This document shows, one piece after another, positions 40,807-51,521 of a stretch of 64,000 nucleotides of DNA; the first letter of the stretch is position 1; every line of letters begins with the position of its first letter. The notes under the pieces were generated by a model. It was not told the origin of the DNA. It saw nothing but the letters and a program-made list of their open reading frames with translations, and made no database searches. The position numbers and the translations under genes were made by a program. This DNA comes from a virus. Taxonomy: Duplodnaviria > Caudoviricetes. The stretch lies in the IMG/VR virus record IMGVR_UViG_2786546892_000007. The stretch is one strand, 5' to 3'.

Positions 40807-42510
40807 TAGGCTGATCGGAAGTTGGGCTTGTCGCGGATTATTCGCGCGATTCTACTTCCGGGAACTGTTTCCCGCTTGTCGGGCACGAGGCTCGCATGGC
40901 AACCGCAACGGCATTCCACACCCCGCCCCGGATTCTGATCCCCAAACTGGTCCGCTCGCGGGACGCCTGGAAAGCGAAAGCGGCCGCCCGCAAAGCCGAA
41001 CAGAAAGCCTTGACCATCCGCGTCCGGGATCTCGTCGCGTCCCGCCAACGTCATCGTCAGCGGGCCGAGGACCTGCAACAGCGGGTCGACCACCTGCAAC
41101 AACGGGTCGACCACCTCGAACAGGAAGTCGCCCGGTATCGCCCGGATGGGGCCGACGCGGGCGATGTCGCGCCCCCCAAAAAGATTTGTCCCCCCGCGGC
41201 GGCCAATACCCCGTCGCCGTCATCGGTCTCGCCGTCGCCCTCGTCCGGCAGGCCGGGTTGTCGTTCCGCGGAACGGCCGCCGCGCTGGCCGTCGTGGCCG
41301 CCGCCGGGCCGACCGCCCTGGACACCGACCGGACGCCGTGCCCGACCACCGTCCGGTCGTGGGTCGTCCGACTCGGGTACGCCCACCTCACGCGCCCCCT
41401 GGCCCACGACCACTCGTGGGCGTGGCTGATCGACCACACCCTCCAGATCGGTCACCAGAAATTGTTCGCCATCTTTGGCATCCCACTCGATCAGGTGCCG
41501 TTCGGGGTCCGCCCCCTCCCGTTGGCTGATGTGCATCTCCTGGCCCTGGTTCCGATGGCCACCACGAACCGCGCGCAGGTCGCCACCGCGCTGGCCGACG
41601 CGGTCGCCCGGACCGGGCCGCCGCGGCAGATCGTGTCCGACGGGGCGACCGAATGGCGGGCCGGCATTCAGGACTTCCGGGTCCGGTATCCGGACACCGT
41701 CGGGGTGGCGGACGTGACCCACGTCGCGGCTAACCTGCTCAAGCACTACTGGGAGGGCGATCCCCAGTGGGCGGCGTTCACCCGCCAGATGGCGGCCACC
41801 GCGGCGGCGATTCGCCAGACCCGGTCGGCGCACCTGATGGCCCCAACGTTGCGGGCTCGGGGACGGTACCTGAGTGTGGCCGCGTTCGTCCGGTTCGGCC
41901 CGTTCGTTCTGCGGAAGTTGCAGGCCGCGGAACCGGATGCGGACGTGGTGGCGCACTACGGGTGGGTGGCCGGGTACGCGGCGGCGCTGCCGGTCTGGGC
42001 CGACCAACACGCGCTGGCCCAGGCGACCGTCCGGGTGGTCCGGGTCGAGGGGTTCGGCGCCCGGACCCCGGCCCTGGTCGCCGAGGCGTGGGAACCGTTG
42101 GCGACCCGCGACCATCCGACCACGGAACGCTTGCGGAACCGGTTGCGGGCGTACGTCGGTCGGGAGACCCGGGCGGCCCACCCGGGCGAACGGCTGGTCG
42201 GGAGTACGGAGATCGTGGAATCCGCGTTCGGGGTTCTCAAGCGCTTGTCCGGGGACCAATCGGCCAGTGGGTTGACGGGGTTGAGCGTGGGGTTGGGGGC
42301 CATGATCGGGACGACTACCCCGGAGCAGATCCAGGGCGACCTCGAGCGGGTTCCCGAGAAGGTCGTTCAGACGTGGGCGAAACAGATGTTCGGGTCGACG
42401 GTCCAGTGGCTACGGCGGAAGTTCCTCGGGACCGACTCGGCCCCGGGAAAAACCGTACCAGATCCGGGATGAACCCGAAACCACGGCCAGCCTGACTTCC
42501 GATCAGCCTA
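40807..42510 (+). mobile_element. Unclassified insertion sequence (1704 bp)
   Basis: Terminal IR TAGGCTGATCGGAAGT; 9-bp TSD GAGTTTACC. Confidence 0.9.
40896..42472 (+). CDS. Putative DDE transposase, orfA/orfB joined by -1 shift at CCCCCCAAAAAG (41172-41183)
   Basis: WLIDH, IVSDGA, DVTH, GSTEIVESAFG; coiled-coil orfA with 21-bp tandem repeats. Confidence 0.75.
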
Positions 42511-42932
42511 GAGTTTACCCTTATTGTGCCACTACCAAGCAAAGTGCAATCCGGCTGTTCGCGCGTGGCAAGTATCTCTTTGATGACCCGCTCCGACTTC
42601 TCCACACCGAGGAAATCCCCTTTATCAAGAATCTCTCTCGCCTCTACAGCCTCACCCGACACCGGCTCCGTTGTGCAGAGGTAGGGGCGGAGAAACCGCA
42701 TAGCGGCGTAGGAAACCTGCCAAGCCATCGCGACGGCATCGTTGTGTTTTATGTATCGCTCCGAAAGCGATCCGTCGTCGTTTTGCCTCATGATGAAATC
42801 GGACTCAACAAAGTCAGTCATCGCCTTTGCCACAGCATTTCGCAAAGCATACTCATCGACGTTCAGAGCTTCATTCTTGTAAACAGGGGGATGCGGAGGG
42901 CACTTCGTACCAACCTCCGCACCTGATGCACC

Positions 42933-44567
42933 GTAGCTGTCTATTCTGTACGTACGGGAACGGCCTGAGAATTTCCCAGTTCAGACGCGTGCCCGCTTCT
43001 ACGAGGTAGCCATTTCGACCTTGGGAAAGATGCGATCCAGGATCGAGTCTTCCGGGCGTGGAATCTTCAGTTTGATCAGGAGATCTTCGAAGCAACTTCG
43101 CCCTGCCTCCATCCACCGCGTCACTTCCGCGATCACGCTCGCCAACGTCCACTCCGTCAAGTACAACCGCAGCGATTCCAGTACGCTCATCAGGATCGTC
43201 CGCCGCCGCGCGCCGGCCGGGGTCTTACTCGTCCGACCCGTCTTCCGCGCGTCCGCCGAACCCCGGAGGGTCCGCTCGGCTTCGTTGTTCGTCCCCGCGA
43301 CCGGGGCCGTTGCACCGTTCGGTTGCGTCACCGCCGGGGCCGTTACGAACGGGAACAATTCCTTGGCCAGCATCAACCGCATCAGTTCATTGACCAGCAG
43401 GCGGTAGTCATTCCGGCATCCGTCGCCCGGCGGTTCGTCGGCCAGCCACTGGGCCGAACACAGGTCGTACACCCGCTGTTCCAGACCCTCGACCCGGGCG
43501 GTCCGGCCGGCATCGCTCAACCGGCCGTCGTCCCGTGCCCGGCACGCCGCCCGGTAGATCTCCAGCAACCGGTCGGTGAACGTCCGGTAGCCCTCGTGGT
43601 CGGGTTCCTGCAGGGTCAGCTTAATCGCCTTGCGGAGGAGGTGCGCCCAGCACTTTTGCGCGATCGTGAAAGTCGCGTACACGGCCGCGTCGTCGCTCAC
43701 CAGAACACCCTCGAACGTCTCCGGATCGAGAATGGTCTTGAGCGTCCCGGCATCCTTGTGAACCCCGAACAGCAACACCCGGGCCTGTTCGGACAGGAAT
43801 GCCCACACGCTGTTCAGACTCCACCGGGTCTCGTCCGCGTGGACGACGGCCGCGTGGGCCAACAGGGTACACAGGGTGTCGAACTCCTTCTCCCAGTGCC
43901 GCGACAACTGGCGGAGCAAGGCGTCGGCTTGGGACTTCGGCAGCCGGAGTTGTTGGAAGAACGTCAGCACCTGGCACACTTTGTCGAACGACAGGCCGAC
44001 GCCATGGACCAGGAATGCGATCGCGACGACGATCTCGACCGCGAATTCACTGCGGCCGAACACCCCGGGGATCTGACCGTACTGGTTCTTGGGTCCGCGA
44101 TAGATCTCGTACGCGACCAGGACCGCACGCCCGCTCTCGAACCGCCACACCGGGCGGACGTGAGACCGGCGGCAGTCGGCGGGCGGGATGCCGGCCGGGA
44201 ACACCTTCTCGGTGCGTTCCGCGCGAGCGATCTTGTCCGCGGTCGTGACCCGCCCGTGTCGCTTCGGCTTCTTCCTTTTCTGGGGCTTGTTCGAACGGGC
44301 GTGTTGTCGTTGCTCTTCGGCCCGCATGGAGAACGGTTGATCGAGTTTGGCGGTCGGCGGGGTGGGGAGGTGTTGCTCAAGTTCGCGGATGCGTTGGCGA
44401 GCGGCCAGGAGTTCGGCTTGGAGGGACACGATCAGGTCGACCAGGTGTTCGGGTGACACCTTGCCCTGCCGAACGTCCTGTTTGAGCTGCTCATCCCCCA
44501 TGACGGAAAATTAGCGGCCACGGGCACATCCGGAAAGGCCCCTCAGCTGTACAGAATAGACAGCTAC
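42933..44567 (-). mobile_element. IS66-family element, single-ORF (ISBst12-like)
   Basis: IR GTAGCTGTCTATTCTGTAC; 8-bp TSD GATGCACC. Confidence 0.92.
42999..44501 (-). CDS. IS66 transposase TnpC
   Basis: HADET.W, LVSDD, QKCWAHLLR, TNNEAERTLR. Confidence 0.93.
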   Translation of the reverse strand: MGDEQLKQDVRQGKVSPEHLVDLIVSLQAELLAARQRIRELEQHLPTPPTAKLDQPFSMRAEEQRQHARSNKPQKRKKPKRHGRVTTADKIARAERTEKVFPAGIPPADCRRSHVRPVWRFESGRAVLVAYEIYRGPKNQYGQIPGVFGRSEFAVEIVVAIAFLVHGVGLSFDKVCQVLTFFQQLRLPKSQADALLRQLSRHWEKEFDTLCTLLAHAAVVHADETRWSLNSVWAFLSEQARVLLFGVHKDAGTLKTILDPETFEGVLVSDDAAVYATFTIAQKCWAHLLRKAIKLTLQEPDHEGYRTFTDRLLEIYRAACRARDDGRLSDAGRTARVEGLEQRVYDLCSAQWLADEPPGDGCRNDYRLLVNELMRLMLAKELFPFVTAPAVTQPNGATAPVAGTNNEAERTLRGSADARKTGRTSKTPAGARRRTILMSVLESLRLYLTEWTLASVIAEVTRWMEAGRSCFEDLLIKLKIPRPEDSILDRIFPKVEMATS

Positions 44568-45145
44568 GATGCACCACGCTCCTCATCCTTACGGGCAGAG
44601 ACATCCCCCATAGCGAAAAATGCGTCGATTAACTTACGCTGCCCCACGATAGGCGTAGTGTCGCGTATTTCCTTAAGAAGGCTGATGGCCATATCAATTG
44701 GCAGTTCGACGTTCATGCGATTTTCCTCAATCGGGCGGCTGTCTTGTTAAAGGCGCCGGGGTTGCTGGCGATTAGTTCGCCGTACACGTCAAACACGATA
44801 GGCGCGAACATCGCTGCCGCGTCCTTCATGCTGTCCAGGCCGGAATGTGTGCAGAAAAGCGCCACGTCGCCTTTGATTTGGCCAGCGAACTCATCTGCCG
44901 AACCGAACAGGTAACTCACGTGCTTCGGCTTATTGACTAGCAGGGAGGCGATGAAAGACGACGACCATATGGGATTCGCCTCGATGCAATAGACTCGCTC
45001 GGCATACATCCCCATGTGGAGGGCCAACAGGCCGATCCCCCCGCCGATCTCCACCACCGTCTTTCCTCCGATCAAAGGAGCAAGAGACGCAGCTATCATC
45101 GCGGCGGTTTCGTCATCTGTGACTGTCAAGATGCCCGCGGACTCA

Positions 45146-46096
45146 GAGCCTGTCTGGGAAGTACTATTTTGATGCAACTCTATATTTAAATGGGGGATAA
45201 CACTTTTTGGGGTCCATGCGATTGAGGATCAATTGAATCGACCGCACTTTAACCATAGATTCACTAGAACTAGTATTTCGTTCGTAGTCCCGACTTAGCC
45301 TGCGGGCGCGACCGAGCCACCCGAAGGTCCGCTCCCCCACCCACCGCTTGGGCAACAGGACGAACCCCTTCGCCCCGTCCGGCCGGCGGACGATGACGAG
45401 TTCCCATCTGAGTTCCGGATGACCGTCCTTCCACCCGTTCAGGGCATGGTTGTGGTACTTCCCGTCGGCCCATACGACCTTCAACCGCGGGTACGCCTCA
45501 CGGTCCAACGATTCGAGCACGGACGGGGCCGCGGCCGCATCGTCGACGTGCCCGGCGGTGACCGCCACGGTCATCAACAACCCGAGCGTGTCGACCACGA
45601 TCGACCGCTTCCGGCCCTGGATTTTCTTGCCCGCGTCATACCCGTTCCCACCCGCATGCTCGGTCCCCTTGACCGACTGACTATCGATGCTCGCGGCGCT
45701 CGGGGTCGGCTCGTGACTCGGAGCATGGACCTCCCGATACCCCTCCCGGAGGACATCCAGGAGGTGTTGCCAGGTGCCGTCATCCCGCCACTGGCGAAGT
45801 ATTCGTACACCGTACTCTTGGCCGGGAAATCGTGCGGGAGCAGGGACCACTGGCACCCGGTCCGGTTCACGTACAGGATCGCGTTCATCACCTCCCGGAG
45901 GTCGACCGACCGGGGCCGCCCTCCGAACCGGGCGGCGGGCAGAAGGGGCTCGATGGTCTCCCATTGGACATCGGTCAAATCCGTCAGATACGGTTTACGA
46001 ACGGGCGCGTCCATGACCTCGCTCCTGAATGATGAAGGAGCGACTAACTTAAAGGAATCTCACGACTTACAGCAAGGGCACTTTTCGGACAGCCTC
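45146..46096 (-). mobile_element. IS5 family (IS1031-like), 951 bp
   Basis: IRs GAGCCTGTCTGGGAAGT / GAGGCTGTCCGAAAAGT; 3-bp TSD TCA. Confidence 0.9.
45164..46014 (-). pseudogene. IS5 transposase, -1 frameshift at ~45793
   Basis: [47 protein letters not shown]; one C short in GCC CAG TGG. Confidence 0.88.
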
Positions 46097-46336
46097 TCAA
46101 TGCCGTGACGCTTCGTATAATCCTGCAACTGGTCGGAGCCATCAAAGGCTTCGTATGCCTCGTTTAGCAATTCCTTCAGCGGCTTCTCAATCAGCGAATG
46201 TGGCATCTCACCTCACTCCCAGCCCCTTTGCGTTGCGGACAGCAGAAAGTCTGCGGACACTCGCCGACCGCAACGCACAGAAGCCATGAAATGAAAATGA
46301 TGAGGTGCCCGCATGGGATCGAGACGTAGCAGGGAT

Positions 46337-46780
46337 TTAAGCTTCGCGCAACAACTTTTCGGGGTCGGCGTTCTTCGACCCGTGGTCGAGCCGAGCCAGG
46401 CACCCGATCAGCGCCGCTTCGAGGATCGCCCGGCGCTCCAGATTCAGTTCAGCAATGCTTTTCAACATCATGCTGAACTTCTCGCTATTCCCTTTATTCC
46501 AAGCGGCCTTGTTCTTCGCCGCATCCCGGACGCATTGGGTCAAGAGCGTGTCGGGCTTGAAGTCCTTGAGCCAGTCCGGGGAGTGGGGCAACTGGCGGAT
46601 CAGTTTCGCCAATTCCGCCGTTGTTTGCTTGCGGCCAGCGGCCTCCAGCAGGCCGGTGAGTTGGGCCAGCGTCGTTTCACATTGCGCCTGGAACTCGACC
46701 GGGTTGATCGGCGCCACCTTGAGGAGAATAACCGGTTCCTCCTGCAAGGGGCAGCCGCATGTGGGGCATTTGAATTTCAT
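46337..46780 (-). CDS. Hypothetical protein with N-terminal CxxC
   Basis: MKFKCPTCG... Confidence 0.6.
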   Translation of the reverse strand: MKFKCPTCGCPLQEEPVILLKVAPINPVEFQAQCETTLAQLTGLLEAAGRKQTTAELAKLIRQLPHSPDWLKDFKPDTLLTQCVRDAAKNKAAWNKGNSEKFSMMLKSIAELNLERRAILEAALIGCLARLDHGSKNADPEKLLREA

Positions 46781-46845
46781 GGCTTGATACCGATGGTTGA
46801 GGGGGAAATTCGACAAAATGACCCGCCACGTTCGGCGGCCATCAA

Positions 46846-47007
46846 TCACATTTCTCGTCCACCGTCCCGTTCCTTCGACTTGTCGTGGTCGTCGCTTTCT
46901 TTCGCCACGCCTTCGTTAATTTGTTTGCGGGCGGCGTAGTCTTTCGACCATTCGGCGAAGAGTGCGCGGACTTGTTCCGGGGTGAGCGGTGGTTCGTTTT
47001 TGTCCAC
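46846..47007 (-). CDS. 53-aa protein ending KERDGGREM
   Basis: GTG start after AGGGGAG; below the ORF-track size cutoff. Confidence 0.6.
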   Translation of the reverse strand: MDKNEPPLTPEQVRALFAEWSKDYAARKQINEGVAKESDDHDKSKERDGGREM

Positions 47008-47021
47008 GGAAGTGTTCTCCC

Positions 47022-47246
47022 CTATTGGGTGTTCTCGTCTTCAGAAGACTCGTCGGCGGTTTGACGAGCCGCATTTTTGGGTACATTGGGCTTTGCCGAC
47101 ATCGCCGGAATCAGGATGTGCTCCGCAATCAGCCGCGCGGCCTCCGGGTTGACCCGAAGGTGTGCGAGGACGCGCTGAAAACAGAACCACGCCAACACCA
47201 CGTAAAAGGCTGTCGTCGCCAGGAACGTTAAAAGAATCGCGATCAT
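47022..47246 (-). CDS. Small single-TM protein
   Basis: MIAILLTFLATTAFYVVLAWF. Confidence 0.55.
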   Translation of the reverse strand: MIAILLTFLATTAFYVVLAWFCFQRVLAHLRVNPEAARLIAEHILIPAMSAKPNVPKNAARQTADESSEDENTQ

Positions 47247-47470
47247 GACTTGGGCTCCCCGTCCGGCGCGTCGTCGGTAGCTGGCTCGTCGTCGTATTGC
47301 TGTCGCACCTCGTCCATATCCGCCACCAATTTGCGATCCAAATCGTCGAGGCCATCGAGGTCGTCCGGGTGCTTGTCGGGTGCCATCCATTATTCTCCGG
47401 TTGCGTAGTTTCAGACGAAAAAGCCCGGCATCGCTGCCGGATTCGATATGGGCGACTCAGTAAGTCCGGA

Positions 47471-47941
47471 CTAAATCATCCCGCACTGCTGGAGTTTCAA
47501 ATCCAACGCGTTGACTTCGTGGCACAACGCTTCGCAAATGGTCGAGAAGGTCAAAGCGTTGAGGCCGCCGATCAGCGCGGAATAACTAGCCACGAGACGG
47601 GCCTTCCCGAACTCGGTGTCGTAGGTATGCCACGAGTGGAGTGTTCCACGCCCGTTTCTGGCCAGGAGGTGGTATGCCAAATCTCCCGGTGCATTGCGGG
47701 TTGAAATTTCCCCGGCACTGAGCACGGAAAACACGACCAGGCCGCTTGCTTTCGAAATCACGACGTTCACTTTGCGGATTCCGACCACCGAGTCCTTGAA
47801 GTGCAAGACGATCCCCCAGTCACCGAGCCGCTCGTCGATCCCCCAACCGAGTTGCGAACAGAGGGATTCGATGTGGAACAACGAGAACTCATCCTTAACG
47901 GCATCAGCCAGCCGATTGAAAACATTTTCGAGCAGGCCCAT
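47471..47941 (-). CDS. YbjN/T3SS-chaperone-fold-like protein
   Basis: AYHLLARN...W..., EALCHEVNALD pattern. Confidence 0.55.
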   Translation of the reverse strand: MGLLENVFNRLADAVKDEFSLFHIESLCSQLGWGIDERLGDWGIVLHFKDSVVGIRKVNVVISKASGLVVFSVLSAGEISTRNAPGDLAYHLLARNGRGTLHSWHTYDTEFGKARLVASYSALIGGLNALTFSTICEALCHEVNALDLKLQQCGMI

Positions 47942-48090
47942 GAGGCTCTCCCGATTGAGAAAAGGCAAGAATTAGCCATCTGATTTGCTACAGCAGAAAA
48001 CCCTGACAAACCCCAGAAAAGCAGCGATATTCGCTGTCGCTAGGAATTTATCAGGGCTTCAGGCACGTCCGCCCGATCGGGCGACTCGGC

Positions 48091-48366
48091 TCAGCGGAAG
48101 AATATCTTGGCGACTTCCGCAAGGAACCCGGCGTTTCGTCGCAGATTTTCTTTTCTCGCCAGCTCCATCTGTGCCTTCAGCCGTTCCTGCTCCAGTTTGA
48201 CCATTTCTTTCCGTTCCCAGGCTTCCGGGTTCTTCCGCAGGAGTTCCTTGTCCTCCCATTCTGCCTGCCATTTCTTGAGGACCGGTATTATCCGCGGCAG
48301 ACAGAAGAGGAAGACGACGAACAGAACGCACGCGATTTGCGCGATGCCTTGGAGAATCTCGACCAT
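48091..48366 (-). CDS. Small TM plus coiled-coil protein
   Basis: AAGGAG RBS; TM helix then charged helix. Confidence 0.65.
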   Translation of the reverse strand: MVEILQGIAQIACVLFVVFLFCLPRIIPVLKKWQAEWEDKELLRKNPEAWERKEMVKLEQERLKAQMELARKENLRRNAGFLAEVAKIFFR

Positions 48367-48628
48367 TTTCCCACTCCTTCACATCCACAGAAAAAACACC
48401 CGGAGGCACAATGCCGTCGGGTAAAAAGCGGGCTCATCTAGACACGCGGTTTTGATGAGCCTTGTTTCACAGTGCGCAACCGTCCCCAGGCCTAACCCGA
48501 GGCGGAGTTGCGCGTTTTGATGTTGTTGGCCGAGCTAGCGAGCCGCTGCACAAATGTGGCGATATAGCTGAGCAGGGCGTGAAGAACCTTCACAACGCCT
48601 GATTGAATCGACATCGATCCAGGAGGCT

Positions 48629-48943
48629 TTACATCTCGCGCCCGTGATCCTGCTCGACCTCGGGCGGTTTCATCCCCTCGATGGGAAGGCCTTGCTGCGG
48701 GTCTTCTTGACCCTGGTGCGGGTACATCACGAACCCGTCGTACCCCCGGAACATCCCCGCTGCCAACTCGTGGGCACCTTGCTTGCCCAGGTGCGACAAC
48801 TCATCGCCGACATCGGCCAAGATCTTGCTCAACGACAGGCCGGGGGCGATTGTCTGAATCCCTTCCTTGATCGCTTCGATGGCACCCATAGAGGGTTCGC
48901 CTTCTTTGAGTTGATCGAGGAACTCACGCGTTTTCTTGGACAC
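48629..48943 (-). CDS. Hypothetical protein ending EQDHGREM
   Basis: Directly downstream of virD4. Confidence 0.7.
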   Translation of the reverse strand: MSKKTREFLDQLKEGEPSMGAIEAIKEGIQTIAPGLSLSKILADVGDELSHLGKQGAHELAAGMFRGYDGFVMYPHQGQEDPQQGLPIEGMKPPEVEQDHGREM

Positions 48944-48952
48944 AGCCCCACC

Positions 48953-50671
48953 TTATTTGGTGATTAGGTCTACCAAGGCCGCCGTGATTAACGCGGCGAG
49001 GATGGTCACGGAGATAAAAAGGCACGCAGTATCGAAGATGGCTTTCCAAAGGCGAATGCCCTGGTCGGCTCGGAAATCGTTCTCGTAGTGGCGGGCGAGC
49101 CACGTTGCGATGGGAGGAACACCCGGCGTGAAAGTAATGGCCAGGCGTTCAGGTAAGGCAATGACTTCAGACGGCTGGAGAAGGCTTCTTCCGTGTTGAG
49201 CCCAGTTGTAGTTTGTATTTGACGAATAACTGAAGTTGCTGCCTTGCTGCGAGTGCTGCGTGGAACGGCCCGAACTCGAACCGCCACTTTCGACCAGGAT
49301 CGTTTCTTGGCCAAGCCGTTTGCTGACGTACTCTGCGGTTTCCGGGTCATTGACGCCGAAAAACACCTGCGTGACATTGCTCAGGAGCGTCTGCTCTTGG
49401 CCTTTCGGCCAACAAACCTTTAGCTGCCCCAGGCTCTGGTACAGGAACAGTAACCTGATGCCGTAACCCCGGAATTTATCGACGGCATCATCGAGTTGTT
49501 CCATATGCCCGAGGCTTGCGGCTTCGTCGAGAATGAACCGGACTTTACGCTGGTCTTGCAGCCCTCCCTTAATGACCGCCCGGAGCAACGATCCGATCCA
49601 CAGGCGAAGGAGCGACGATTGTGCCCGCTGGTGCTCGGGCGGAAGAACCAGGTAGATCGTCATCTTTCCCGAGAGCAGTTCCGACGGATTAAAACTGCTA
49701 CGTTTCGTGCTGTCGGCGATCGCGAGCGTATCCAGGAACTTGAGGTGCCGGTTTGTCGTCGTGATTGTCGAACCGAGTTCCTTGTCTTTGTAATGGGTCA
49801 ACTGGTTGCCGTAGCGAGCCAGCATTCCCTCCCAGGCCTCGGATTCGCACATGACCCGCATCGCGTCCTGCATCGCGTCAGGCTTCGTCAGGATGCGACG
49901 GACGGTTTGGAAGGACTTCTTGCCATCTTCGCCGTGCGCCAACACCATAGCTATCATCGCGGTGATCCACAATTCAGCCGAATCTGACCAGTGCGCGTCT
50001 TTATCTTCTCCAGTCCTCAGCACCATCGCGGCAGCCAGATCCCGGCAATCGTCGAGTGCGGTGCGGGAGTCTTTATCGATCCAGTCGAGCGGGTTAAAAG
50101 TGTCTTTGCCACCGACGACATTGAACGGGTCAAGCACCGCGACTCGGTGGCCCATCCGCTGACGGGCGGCGGCCGTTTCACGCACCAACTCACCTTTAAA
50201 ATCAACTATTGCCATCGAATCCGGGCAAGTGAGCAGGTGGGGCAAGACGAGGGAACTCGTTTTGCCCACGCCTGTCGGCGCGAAGCCGGCTATGTGAACC
50301 GCTTTTGTTAGTTGGACGAGGTGCCGGGACTTTTTACGTTGGCAAGAAGCGAGAAATCGCCTCACGGCTTGTTTCGCGGGCAAACGCCGACTGAACAATG
50401 CTTTAACGCCCTCGCGTTTCCCGATCTTCTCCTCGGTGTGGCCGAGGATCACCCCGCTACCCTCTGGGGCATCGAGCATATGCGGCATGTCGGCCGTGAT
50501 CGCATAGCGGGATGTCCCGTGGGCACTGAGCTTCGGTTTTTTCTTGCGTGCCATCCCGAGCGCGAGCCCGAGGGCGACCACCCATCCGTACGGGATGACG
50601 GCGACGGCCAAGACAGCGATGTACGCCGCCATCAGCACCGTCGCCATCAGGATCAAGCGGAGCAATTTCAT
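48953..50671 (-). CDS. virD4: Type IV coupling protein VirD4/TraG
   Basis: N-terminal TMs, APTGVGKT, DFKGE, FNPLD, FILDEAASLG, YQSLGQL, TAEYVSKRLG. Confidence 0.93.
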   Translation of the reverse strand: MKLLRLILMATVLMAAYIAVLAVAVIPYGWVVALGLALGMARKKKPKLSAHGTSRYAITADMPHMLDAPEGSGVILGHTEEKIGKREGVKALFSRRLPAKQAVRRFLASCQRKKSRHLVQLTKAVHIAGFAPTGVGKTSSLVLPHLLTCPDSMAIVDFKGELVRETAAARQRMGHRVAVLDPFNVVGGKDTFNPLDWIDKDSRTALDDCRDLAAAMVLRTGEDKDAHWSDSAELWITAMIAMVLAHGEDGKKSFQTVRRILTKPDAMQDAMRVMCESEAWEGMLARYGNQLTHYKDKELGSTITTTNRHLKFLDTLAIADSTKRSSFNPSELLSGKMTIYLVLPPEHQRAQSSLLRLWIGSLLRAVIKGGLQDQRKVRFILDEAASLGHMEQLDDAVDKFRGYGIRLLFLYQSLGQLKVCWPKGQEQTLLSNVTQVFFGVNDPETAEYVSKRLGQETILVESGGSSSGRSTQHSQQGSNFSYSSNTNYNWAQHGRSLLQPSEVIALPERLAITFTPGVPPIATWLARHYENDFRADQGIRLWKAIFDTACLFISVTILAALITAALVDLITK

Positions 50672-50708
50672 TGTCGTTTCCCTTGTTTCAAGACATGGCC
50701 GAGGTAAC

Positions 50709-51521
50709 TCATCCCTTCTTGGACAGGTCGTGGCAGATCTTTTGGAACGTCGTTATCGAGGTTCCTTTTTCGTTTTCGCGCTTGGCCAGTTTCACCAGGT
50801 CGTTCAGCGTTTCGATGAATTCGTCGAAGGTCACGCCCGCGCCGCTGACCAAGACGGTCGAGGATTTGCCGGGGACGGGGCATTTGATCCGCGTCACTTT
50901 TTGGGTGCCCGTGGCGGCTGGCTTTCGCATCTTCCGGCTCTTCGCTTCGATTTCGGCGACGGGCATTTTCGAGAGGTACATCTGGAGAAGGCCGAGCTGA
51001 TTGCATTCGGGCTGTAGGCTGATCGAGTACCAATTTTTAAGGCCGATGTGTCCTTCCTCGGCCGCTTTCATCACTTCCGGAATCGTTTTCCATAGTGACA
51101 ATAGTTTGGTAATAAGGCTCTGGTCGCGGTCAATTTTTTCGGCGAGTTCTTTCGCGGTGCCGTTGCCTTGCTCCATCCACTCTTTGCACGCCAGGGCTTG
51201 TTCGTAGACCGTAAGCGAGATGGAGTGCATCGCTGAAATAAGCTGCATTTCCTTAATTTCCGCGGGGCTGACTTCGTGGTCGACGCAGATCACGTCGAAT
51301 TCAAATTCGGGGTTTTCGAGCATCATCCCCCGGAAACGGCACTCGCCATCAATAAGATAGTCGCTCGTCAGAATGATGAGCGGGTGCATTTGGCGCTTCA
51401 TCACCGAGCGGGCCAAGGCGCGGAGCGTTTCTTCGGCCGGGAAGGTCTTGCGCACTTGGGGGTTCGTCTTTAGGTCTTTGGCGCGTCGCTTCTCGACCTT
51501 ACGGAAAGTCGGTACAACCAT
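50709..51521 (-). CDS. ParB/Spo0J-like protein
   Basis: QVRKTF...LARSV...HPLII...LIDGECRF; HTH AKELAEKIDRDQSLITK. Confidence 0.85.
   Translation of the reverse strand: MVVPTFRKVEKRRAKDLKTNPQVRKTFPAEETLRALARSVMKRQMHPLIILTSDYLIDGECRFRGMMLENPEFEFDVICVDHEVSPAEIKEMQLISAMHSISLTVYEQALACKEWMEQGNGTAKELAEKIDRDQSLITKLLSLWKTIPEVMKAAEEGHIGLKNWYSISLQPECNQLGLLQMYLSKMPVAEIEAKSRKMRKPAATGTQKVTRIKCPVPGKSSTVLVSGAGVTFDEFIETLNDLVKLAKRENEKGTSITTFQKICHDLSKKG

Larger units (their letters stand above)
40464..44716 (-). pseudogene. Phage-like hypothetical gene split by two ISs (pieces 44716-44568, 42924-42511, 40797-40464)
   Basis: Removing each IS plus one TSD restores one ORF: MNVELP...ERGASGAEV...TIRVNSEYQPE...EAPKP. 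Confidence 0.8.
44713..46206 (-). pseudogene. SAM-dependent methyltransferase-like gene interrupted by IS5
   Basis: MPHSLIEKPL...RHGIE|SAGILTV...VVEIGGGIGLL...YCIEANP is in frame after IS removal. Confidence 0.8.

Noticed and set aside
48370-48620. oriT in hairpin-rich gap downstream of virD4
   Set aside because: Inverted repeats are present but there is no recognisable nic motif or relaxase
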